The notes below the pieces were generated by a model. That model ran no database searches. It was not told the DNA's origin and saw nothing but the letters and a program-made list of their open reading frames with translations. Both the position numbers and the translations under genes were made by a program. Shown here one piece after another: positions 8,101 to 15,867 of a stretch of 32,000 bases of DNA (its first letter is position 1; each line of letters begins with the position of its first letter). The DNA is from Thermoprotei archaeon (GTDB lineage Archaea > Thermoproteota > Thermoprotei > Gearchaeales > WAQG01). Location: contig JAVZOV010000002.1 in NCBI GenBank assembly GCA_038881895.1, positions 316,397-348,396 on the forward strand, written 5' to 3'.

Positions 8101-8466
8101 AATCCGGCATAATACTAACATTAATATTAGAAAAATTTAAAGATACAATGAATAAAATAATGAAAAATACGAACTAATTTTTGAGATAGTTTCTCATGAA
8201 AGTCTAAGTTTCAGTCTCAGAGTTTCTCAAAAAGTGTTGGACGTTTCTTAATTTGAGCAGGTCACTCAATAATGGAGCTATGAACACATGTAAGCGGAAT
8301 TATTGTGCTTGCCTCCATAACAGGTAGTACCGTTGACACAGTTTGAAAGCAGCCCTTGTTTTCAAGAGGAGGTTGGTGTGTTTTTACATTGAGTTCATTT
8401 AGGTATAAGCAGATTTATATTTCTCTTTGAAATAATATTCTAGAACATAGTGAGGCGATAGGAAAT

Positions 8467-9177
8467 ATGGTTTTGGATGCAAAATCTAGAGAGGTCGTAA
8501 GAAAAAAGTTATCTGGTATGACAAATCAGCTTACGTTACTTTATTTTCATGATGAAAATAAAGATGATTGTCCTTATTGTGAGACTTTGAAAGAATTCCT
8601 TTATGAAATATCTGAACTCTCTAACAATAAACTGATTATCCAATTATATGTTAAAGATAAAAATGATGACATATTTGCCAAATTTAATGTAGAGAAAGCC
8701 CCGGTAATAATATTCGATGGGTATAACATTAAATACTTAGGAGCACCTGTTGGACAAGAGACCTGGGCTTTTCTAGAAACTATAGTTCTGGCCTCAAAGC
8801 ATACGCCAAAACTTTCAACTGAAACTTACAACAAATTAAAAACGCTTGAGAATAAGGCGGTTGTGGAAGTTGTTGTTACACCGAGTTGTCCATGGTGTCC
8901 TTACGCAGCTCTGCTCTCTAATAGTGCTGCAATAGCAACCAATAATGTAGAATCGAATATAGTTGAAGCGTACGAATTTCCGGAGATTGCTGACAAATAT
9001 AACGTGAGTGCTGTACCAACAGTTGCAGTAAATGGGCAAGTCATGTTCATAGGAGTACCCCAAGAAAATGATTTTGCAGCTGCACTGAAAGGAGAATATC
9101 AACCACACCTAGAGGAAACTAGTGAAGAAGTAGAAGAATTAGAGCATGAACACGAGCATCACCATCACTCTCATTAG
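8467..9177 (+). CDS. Protein disulfide oxidoreductase (two thioredoxin-fold units, glutaredoxin-like) with a His-rich C-terminal tail
   Basis: Two CxxC sites (CPYC in the N-unit, CPWC in the C-unit) about 110 aa apart, as in archaeal PDO. Ends in ELEHEHEHHHHSH. Confidence 0.8.
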   Translation: MVLDAKSREVVRKKLSGMTNQLTLLYFHDENKDDCPYCETLKEFLYEISELSNNKLIIQLYVKDKNDDIFAKFNVEKAPVIIFDGYNIKYLGAPVGQETWAFLETIVLASKHTPKLSTETYNKLKTLENKAVVEVVVTPSCPWCPYAALLSNSAAIATNNVESNIVEAYEFPEIADKYNVSAVPTVAVNGQVMFIGVPQENDFAAALKGEYQPHLEETSEEVEELEHEHEHHHHSH

Positions 9178-9267
9178 GAACAGTAAATAAACTAATTTTT
9201 ATTAGATTGTTAATTTTAAAGCAAAAACCTTATTTTTAGCGAATATTCCTTTTTTAGTGGTGATAGT

Positions 9268-9483
9268 ATGGGAAAAATTCGTACACGTATGATAAAGAGG
9301 ATCGCGTTGAGGTTGCTAGAGTTATATCCAGATCAATTTACTACTGACTTTGAGAAAAACAAAAAATTTCTTAAAGAAAAATTCGGGTCTATAATGTACT
9401 CAAAAAAGATAATGAACAAAATTGCAGGTTATATTACAAGTCGTGTGGATATTAAAGAGAGAGATAAAGAATTATCACTTTAG
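9268..9483 (+). CDS. rps17e: Ribosomal protein S17e (eS17)
   Basis: MGKIRTRMIKRIALRLLELYPDQFTTDFEKNKK is the characteristic eS17 N-terminus. 71 aa. Confidence 0.9.
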   Translation: MGKIRTRMIKRIALRLLELYPDQFTTDFEKNKKFLKEKFGSIMYSKKIMNKIAGYITSRVDIKERDKELSL

Positions 9484-9512
9484 TCACAGCTATTTAAAGA
9501 TTTTTAAGAATA

Positions 9513-9821
9513 TTATCCTCCGTGTACTACGGAAATTATTGTGATAGTGTCGTTATTTTTAAGTGGAGTGCTAAGGTACTGTAAAAGTCTGTAATCAACT
9601 TTATTTATTAATATGATTATGTCAGATTCTATCTCGTTATTCTTAAACAGTCTTTCTTTGAACGATGCGTTTTTCGTTTTTACTAGTTTTTCTAGAAGAT
9701 TTTTTAGTGTTGAGTTTTCTGGGATTTGGATTATTTCATGTTTTGTACCTGCTAGGGCTCCTATTACACCATAGTATTCTATCTTAATTGTTATCTCATT
9801 GATATTCATAACATGCTTCAT
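9513..9821 (-). CDS. MoaD/ThiS-family beta-grasp small protein with C-terminal Gly-Gly (sulfur carrier / ubiquitin-like modifier)
   Basis: About 100 aa, ending in NNDTITIISVVHGG-stop, which matches the MoaD/ThiS/SAMP C-terminal pattern (D-x-V-x-I-x-P-P-V-S-G-G-like). Overlaps the upstream gene stop. Confidence 0.65.
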   Translation of the reverse strand: MKHVMNINEITIKIEYYGVIGALAGTKHEIIQIPENSTLKNLLEKLVKTKNASFKERLFKNNEIESDIIILINKVDYRLLQYLSTPLKNNDTITIISVVHGG

Positions 9822-10602
9822 CTTTTACCTCATTTTCATAAATACATGGCCTTGGTATATATTTAACTAGTCTATTAGAAAGCTGCTTGGTCACTAATGC
9901 TTCAAGCGAGGAAAAATCTTTATTATTTTTTAATAATTCTAAATCAATGTTTACATTATATACCCTGGCTGGAAATACATGACATGTTGATTTGTGTGGA
10001 AAAAGTTGATTCTTGAGAGCGTTTTCTTTTACGTCTTGTTTAGAAATATTTTTACCAGTAAAAAATAACATATTAGGTTTAATTATCGATGATCCCAATA
10101 ATAGGGAATCTTCTCTAATGTATTGGATTGTTTTTTTCATTTGTACTAGTTCATTTTCAATCAATCTTACTATTTTATAACTTTGTAGGGAATCAATTTC
10201 TTTATTATTAATAAAAATTTCATCACTATATAGCATTACTAATTTTACACTGTTTTTTACTTTTTCAAAGATGTTTTTGCTTATTTTTTCGAGTCTAAAT
10301 TTGGATGCTAATCGTACTACTATTTCTCTATCTTTTATTTCTGATGAGCGCCACCACCGTAATATTTTTATTGATGGATCGTCGTATGAAACATAAATAA
10401 CCGGTATAAATTTTAATCCTAGTATAAAAGCAACTTTGTGTCTGTGCATTCCATCAAGTATTATGTTTGTTTGTTTATCTACGATTATAGGATGTCTGAA
10501 CATTTTATTTTGGCTAACTTGGTTCATCAAGTTTGTTACCATTTCTGGTATTGTTTCTTCGTGAGGTTTTAGAGCAGAGATTGGAGCTATAGAGACTTCC
10601 AT
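9796..10602 (-). CDS. ParB/Srx-fold domain protein (possible free serine kinase SerK-like enzyme)
   Basis: N-terminus ISALKPHEETIP...HPIIVDKQTNIILDGMHRHKVAFILGLKFIPV matches the ParB-N/sulfiredoxin-fold signature (DGxHR). The ORF track starts at a TTG at 10638; I prefer the ATG at 10602 (MEVSIAPISALKPHEE). Confidence 0.6.
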   Translation of the reverse strand: MEVSIAPISALKPHEETIPEMVTNLMNQVSQNKMFRHPIIVDKQTNIILDGMHRHKVAFILGLKFIPVIYVSYDDPSIKILRWWRSSEIKDREIVVRLASKFRLEKISKNIFEKVKNSVKLVMLYSDEIFINNKEIDSLQSYKIVRLIENELVQMKKTIQYIREDSLLLGSSIIKPNMLFFTGKNISKQDVKENALKNQLFPHKSTCHVFPARVYNVNIDLELLKNNKDFSSLEALVTKQLSNRLVKYIPRPCIYENEVKDEACYEYQ

Positions 10603-10656
10603 TATAAAACCATTGTGATCCAAAACATGAGGCGACAATCATAACCACCTCTTAAT

Positions 10657-10717
10657 GGGGTCAGTGGAGGTGCATTCACCCATATTGTATCGGTGCAGAT
10701 CAGTCACGTCATCCCCC
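10657..10717 (-). ncRNA. Candidate small RNA (box C/D-like), tentative
   Basis: 61-nt GC-rich island in an AT-rich spacer. The minus strand reads GGGGGAUGACGUGACUGAUCUGCACCGAUACAAUAUGGGUGAAUGCACCUCCACUGACCCC. It has complementary GGGG/CCCC termini and a perfect box D (CUGA) next to the 3' stem. A degenerate C-like box (AUGACGU or GUGA-C-UGA) lies near the 5' stem, and a CCGA D'-like element follows 12 nt after it. Confidence 0.3.
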
Positions 10718-10759
10718 AAGAGAAATATAATAAATGATTATAAAAAGTTTAATGAAAGA

Positions 10760-13006
10760 TCACAGTTCATGTGATGTTCGTTCTATGACAGAAAGTCTAG
10801 TGTCGTCATCAGATATAAATTGATAACCATTCTCTACATTCGCATAATAAATTAAATATTTGCCTCTAGCACCGCATACAGGACATGTTTTCTGGATTCC
10901 GACACTTAATCTTTTGCATGCCATACAAAAAACAAAATTTTTGTTATATTGAAGTATGTTAACATTATAGGATGGGAATGTTCTGGATAAGTGATTCATT
11001 ATTGTTTCTGGTGATGAAATTTCGTCATCTAACCATACTTTTACGGCGTGACCACCAGATAAAAATGGATCTACTTCTGAATCTAAAGTTATTAAGTCTT
11101 GTATATCAATAATTCTCCATTCTTCTATTAATCCATTCGAATATTTTCCAGGCTTTGTTCTTGTCATTAGTATACTGTAGTATTTTGGATAGAGTTTTCT
11201 GTCCAGCATTGAAAATCTGTATGCCGGTTCGTCTCTTATATTTTGGGCAAGTAGTATTTTTAAACTCTCTTGTTCGGAGTATTCTCTAATAATTTTGTTA
11301 ATCTCGTTGAGTATTTTAATTAACAACGATCGCGATGATGGTGTGGAAAAATAATCGTGATCTGTTAAAAGAAGTATTGCTTCATACAAACCAATTGGTG
11401 TGATTATATGGAAGATATTATCATTATTTATGTATAATGTTCCCTTATATTCATGTAATGTGTAGGGTAAAGTCTCATTTTTTATCATTAATTCTAGCAA
11501 GTTATTCTTAGATGCAGCAATTTTTACAGCAGACCTTATTATATCTCCAATAAAGTTTGGTAATGTATTTTCATTTAAATCACTTTTCATAACTAACCTA
11601 GGCATATTGATTGCTGTAACCGATGCTATGTCATATTGTGAGGAATCATAATGAGAAAGTGCAACTCTATAAAGATCATTAGTGTAAATAGTATCCAGTA
11701 ATGATGACCTCAGCTTATTAATAAAAGTAACCGTATAACCTGATAAATTAAGTTTTATTGCATTCATCAGATTATTTTTTGAATCATCACTCAGAGATTC
11801 TACATAAACATGTATGATTGGAAGAATAGGAGGCCTACCATTAGAATTAAGTTGCAATAGTGCATTAATGAACGCATTAAAAACACGGTGAGCCTCATCA
11901 ATATATTCATTAAGAGTATGAATTGTACCATTTATTTTGATCTCCAGATTTTCGAATCCCTTAGGTAGATCTGTATGTAAACCTAAAGATACTGTTAATT
12001 TGTTTCTCCATATGAATACATTATTTATGTTATAAATAAAGTGAATAAAATATGTTACTAGTTCGTTATCAGGAATATTTTTTGTATAAGGAGCTAATAA
12101 GAAATTGAATAATGGTAATGATTGGCCACCAGAAACTTCCTGATCAAAGTTATATAGCATATACATAATTCTCATTAACGCATTATTAAGAGACTTCATT
12201 CCATTTGATGGTAAAAAAAGATTCATATCATCAAATTTATAGTTTAATAGTATGTACATGTCATGATTTATATTAACAGTAGACAATGACCACTCATCAA
12301 GATCTATAACATGTAAATCACCAGAGGAGTGTGCATCTGAAAGATCTTTAGAAAGAAGTCTTAATAATGTGTAGTCTCTAAGCATTGATGAACTAAGTTT
12401 ATAGTGTATGAGCCTAGGGTTCTTTATTTTTCTTTCATTACCAAATATTATCTGATGCACATCATGAACTGGTAAACCTAACCTCATGACCTGTAGGCGA
12501 ACGTCATCTAATCCTCTTTCAACAAGAATAGAATTCACCAGCTCTCTTATGAATGCAGATGTGAGATATTTTATAGGCATTTTGCTAAGTCTGAGCTCTG
12601 CTTCTCTTGCTATATCCTCTGCAAGACTCCTCGGCAATTTTGCCTCTTTAATTAATGAGCTAACAATTTTTTGAGCATCAAACGGTTCTAATGCTGGTCT
12701 CGATGTTCTTACAAGAAGTTTTGAATACTTAATTGAGTATTCTATTTCATTAATAAGCTCTAAGATTTTGCGTCCTAATCCTGTCAATATATATTCTCCT
12801 GTCTCTAAATCTTTATCGATTAATCCATGAGACTGTAACATTCTTATATGATAACTTAAGTTGCTTGTTTCTTCCTGTCGCAAATGGAGTTTTTCTTTTA
12901 TTTCAGAGAAACGTAAAGATCCATATGAACCTAACAACTTAAGTATCTCAATGCGCTTCCCTTCACTAACAATCCCAAATATGTTATATTCAATATGCCA
13001 CGGCAT
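10760..13006 (-). CDS. wHTH (ArsR-like) + ATP-cone + class III ribonucleotide reductase (NrdD)-like protein lacking catalytic cysteines
   Basis: N-terminus RIEILKLLGSYGSLRFSEIKEKL...LSYHIRMLQSHGLI (winged helix). LLVRTSRPALEPFDAQKIVSSLIKEA...FIRELVNSILVERG (ATP-cone). DAHSSGDLHVIDLDEW (NrdD-type motif). C-terminal ribbon CMAC-x10-CPVC. Only 4 Cys in the whole protein, all in the ribbon. Confidence 0.75.
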   Translation of the reverse strand: MPWHIEYNIFGIVSEGKRIEILKLLGSYGSLRFSEIKEKLHLRQEETSNLSYHIRMLQSHGLIDKDLETGEYILTGLGRKILELINEIEYSIKYSKLLVRTSRPALEPFDAQKIVSSLIKEAKLPRSLAEDIAREAELRLSKMPIKYLTSAFIRELVNSILVERGLDDVRLQVMRLGLPVHDVHQIIFGNERKIKNPRLIHYKLSSSMLRDYTLLRLLSKDLSDAHSSGDLHVIDLDEWSLSTVNINHDMYILLNYKFDDMNLFLPSNGMKSLNNALMRIMYMLYNFDQEVSGGQSLPLFNFLLAPYTKNIPDNELVTYFIHFIYNINNVFIWRNKLTVSLGLHTDLPKGFENLEIKINGTIHTLNEYIDEAHRVFNAFINALLQLNSNGRPPILPIIHVYVESLSDDSKNNLMNAIKLNLSGYTVTFINKLRSSLLDTIYTNDLYRVALSHYDSSQYDIASVTAINMPRLVMKSDLNENTLPNFIGDIIRSAVKIAASKNNLLELMIKNETLPYTLHEYKGTLYINNDNIFHIITPIGLYEAILLLTDHDYFSTPSSRSLLIKILNEINKIIREYSEQESLKILLAQNIRDEPAYRFSMLDRKLYPKYYSILMTRTKPGKYSNGLIEEWRIIDIQDLITLDSEVDPFLSGGHAVKVWLDDEISSPETIMNHLSRTFPSYNVNILQYNKNFVFCMACKRLSVGIQKTCPVCGARGKYLIYYANVENGYQFISDDDTRLSVIERTSHEL

Positions 13007-13108
13007 TGTTCTCTAATAAGAGTATTTTTACCCAAATATAAATTACAACCACGCCAATAACAATGATAGACTATGTAGTACTGAATTAGCTCGCCTGTGG
13101 AGGCAAGG

Positions 13109-14068
13109 TTAATAGGCTAGCTGATACAGCCCTTAAATGAAATGGAATGAAGTTAAACCCAAAGGATAATGAACAACAAACCAATGAAAACATTAAAACA
13201 AGAACCCAACCAACTTTAAACACAAAGAATATTAACTAAAGAGTAGGTGTAACAGATCGATTATTCAACCTGCATTGTTAAATAAGAGAGGCAAGTAGAT
13301 GAAATTCTTCAGAGTCTGAGACCAGAGTTTCCAGTGTTGGGTTCTGGATTAGTAGGAATGCATAGTGAATTGCTATTTTCATTCCTACTTAACCCTTCCC
13401 CCTCAATTAGCTCATCGGGGTCTCTCTGGGTGAACCCTTCTCCCCGCATCTGAAGGTTTAACACCGCTACAATATCCCTATCCATTGTTAATCCGCATTC
13501 TTCGCATCTCATTATCCTGCCCAGATAGGAAGCCATGCTTCCGGAGCAGACTGGGCAGGTTTTAGATGAGTTGGCTGGGTTAACGTATTTGACTAGAAGG
13601 TTAAGCCATTTAAGCTTGTATTCAAGCATGAGTTGGAATGTTCTTGCGCTCCACTTTGAGAGCTTGGGTTGGTGAGCAGTTTTTGAATAGATAGATTTTT
13701 ATAGGCGTTTTGAGTTGATTTTTTATGCCGATATGGGTCCTGCTTCCAATGCGAATAGGACGACAGGCAGGCGGGGAAACTTCCAATGTGCCGTCCTTCA
13801 CCGTTGGCGGCGAAGGCCCTCGAAAGCGTTTGCCGATAGAGGGAAGGGACGAAAATCCATGAATCCCACAACGGTTTACACCCCAGATTGCTGGTTTTGA
13901 GAGACTCGCAACTCTCCCAGAGCTCGTTATCCTATGAGTTATTGCGTTTGGTTCACATTGTAAACATTACCTACCTAGCCGAGCATTTTCTTATATCGTA
14001 TTTATCCTCAGAACATTTAAATACCATTCATTTCATTAAAGTTCCAGATTTTCTGGCTAGCCAATTAA
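13109..14068 (-). mobile_element. Decayed IS200/IS605-family (TnpB-type) insertion remnant, GC-rich relative to its surroundings
   Basis: Contains the TnpB C-terminal fragment. There is a visible jump in GC content around 13300-13950. It is bounded by an imperfect inverted pair, TTAATAGGCTAGC...TTAAATGAAATG at about 13109-13157 versus the reverse complement of about 14014-14068 (TTAATTGGCTAGC...TTTAATGAAATG). Boundaries are approximate. Confidence 0.4.
13309..13898 (-). pseudogene. tnpB: TnpB (OrfB, RuvC-like RNA-guided nuclease family) remnant: intact C-terminal about 129 codons, decayed upstream part
   Basis: The open frame 13698..13309 reads ...KLSKWSARTFQLMLEYKLKWLNLLVKYVNPANSSKTCPVCSG...RCEECGLTMDRDIVAVLNL (zinc finger plus RuvC-III DRD motif). 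An in-frame TAA lies at 13701..13699. Upstream, a different frame gives AFEGLRRQR-stop (RuvC-II-like). No N-terminal two-thirds of the protein is present. Confidence 0.7.
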
Positions 14069-14251
14069 AAACCTAATACAGTGAAATTATAAGAACTAGA
14101 GTAAACTGCAAATGAATTGTCTAAAGAACTTCAGTTCTAAAGGATGGAAGAGAAGATCATTTTATAAAACCATTTCAAGCGACTTACTTTTATCTTAGAA
14201 AAAATCTAGATTTACATTTATTGAGCAAAAAGGTATAAGATTACGAATGAA

Positions 14252-14962
14252 TTACTCGTGAATTCGTCTAAGTGATGTTAAAAGTTTTTCAACGCTATCA
14301 ATTTTAGATAATATTAGTGGTATTTGTTCTATTTCTGCGATTTTTACTGGCAGTTGATCATTAATCTTTTTTGGGCCATGAATTATAACTACCATTGGTT
14401 TTATAGGATATACACGTACAGCTATCATAGGGGAGCGTCCTTTTGATACGTTTGTAAAAATTGCTGCACGTGCTGTTGTTAATCCCATTAATCTAAAAAA
14501 TTCGTATCCACTCATTGATAATATTGCTTTAATACTATCGATCACTGTGTATCCGAAAACAGGCCTTTCAATTAAATGTTTGCCGTAAAGGATATCACCC
14601 TCAACAGCCTCAGCAAAATTTTTTACTGATACTGGGGTGGTGAAATCTTTCATGTCAAGTATGGCATCTGATTCAAACATAAAGCCAGCTATTTTGCTTG
14701 AGATCGGATAGCCTCTTTCACGATCTATGTCTATTAATCCTCTTACGATCTTATCTATAGCCTTTATTCCAGGGAGTCTACGTCCTTGTTCATAATTGCT
14801 TATCACTGGAGGTGGAATTCTGATCTTTCTTGATAGCTCATTTTGTTGCACATTAAAAATTTCTCGCCATTTTCGCAATCCTTTTCCAGGATTTTCAGAT
14901 GTTATAATGTCTCCAGCAATATACATCATGAGATATTTAATGCTCTTTGGCACTGTAGACAT
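14252..14962 (-). CDS. XRE-type HTH transcriptional regulator with a C-terminal domain of unknown function
   Basis: LRKWREIFNVQQNELSRKIRIPPPVISNYEQGRRLPGIKAIDKIVRGL is a classic HTH_3 (Cro/C1) pattern. 236 aa. Confidence 0.6.
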   Translation of the reverse strand: MSTVPKSIKYLMMYIAGDIITSENPGKGLRKWREIFNVQQNELSRKIRIPPPVISNYEQGRRLPGIKAIDKIVRGLIDIDRERGYPISSKIAGFMFESDAILDMKDFTTPVSVKNFAEAVEGDILYGKHLIERPVFGYTVIDSIKAILSMSGYEFFRLMGLTTARAAIFTNVSKGRSPMIAVRVYPIKPMVVIIHGPKKINDQLPVKIAEIEQIPLILSKIDSVEKLLTSLRRIHE

Positions 14963-15117
14963 TTTTATTCCTAGTTAAGTATTCTATTCAGATTAATATA
15001 AAGTTAATACAACCTACTGTAAAGAAATTATCGCTGTGCTCTAGTAATTGTTAATAAGTTTAAAATCTTTAATAAAAATTAAATTGTTATTGATTGGATT
15101 TGCTAATTCTAAGGATT

Positions 15118-15732
15118 TCATGTTCCTTTTACAATATAAACTAAGGAATCTGCGATATATGTTGCATGATCGGCTATACGCTCTAAATAACGTAATATCA
15201 ATAGTGACGTTATATCGCACAGAGGATTATTAGTGTGAATTGCTTTTTTGAATGCTTCTTCGTATATTTTGTCTATTTCATCATCTTTTTCGTATATTAA
15301 ATGTGTAAGTTCTACATTTCTCAATATAAACGCTTTTATAGCATCTCGCATCATTGTAATAACAATTTTCGAGGCATTTTTTATTATTTCTTTGTCGCAT
15401 TCAGAAATTGCCCCTACATCACCTAGTATGACTGCTATATCGTAAGAATATCGCCCAAATCTATAAAAATCGTAAGATATTTCTAATGCAGACTTTATGA
15501 ATCTTAAATCTGATGCTGCTGGCTGATATCTAGCAATGATCTCTACTACTAGTTCTCCAATTTCTTCTTTCATTTGTTTCAGTTGTTGAGCCCGTTTTAA
15601 AACTTCTTCTTTAACATCAACGCCAGACATGAATGCCTCTAAAGATAGGTTAACTGTTTTTTCAGAAAGTGACGCCATTTCACTTAGCATGTTGTTAAGT
15701 CTTTCTAAACCCAATTCTATGAGCCTAACCAT
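15118..15732 (-). CDS. phoU: PhoU-family phosphate signalling/regulatory protein
   Basis: Two PhoU repeats, including ERIADHATYIADSLVYI near the C-terminus. The track ORF starts at 15789, but Met20 (15732) is preceded by GGTGA and removes a non-conserved hydrophobic leader. Confidence 0.8.
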   Translation of the reverse strand: MVRLIELGLERLNNMLSEMASLSEKTVNLSLEAFMSGVDVKEEVLKRAQQLKQMKEEIGELVVEIIARYQPAASDLRFIKSALEISYDFYRFGRYSYDIAVILGDVGAISECDKEIIKNASKIVITMMRDAIKAFILRNVELTHLIYEKDDEIDKIYEEAFKKAIHTNNPLCDITSLLILRYLERIADHATYIADSLVYIVKGT

Positions 15733-15867
15733 AAAATTCACCGTCAAATTAATACAAAATAATAAAAAGTAGTTTATAAAAATAACCATCGAAATCTATA
15801 CAAATGTATTTAAGAAATATAGATTAGAAATAAATATATCAAGATATTTTCTCTATTTAGATTTAAT

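Noticed and set aside
13061-13124. AUGAUAG ... CUGA ... CUGA arrangement resembling a C/D sRNA
   Set aside because: The C box has its last two bases swapped. There is no C' box and no terminal stem. It also lies at the edge of the IS remnant.
13593-14076. ORFs 13593..13871(-), 13715..13900(+) and 13888..14076(+)
   Set aside because: They sit inside the decayed TnpB element. Their translations have no family resemblance, and the open frames are explained by locally high GC and by pseudogene decay.
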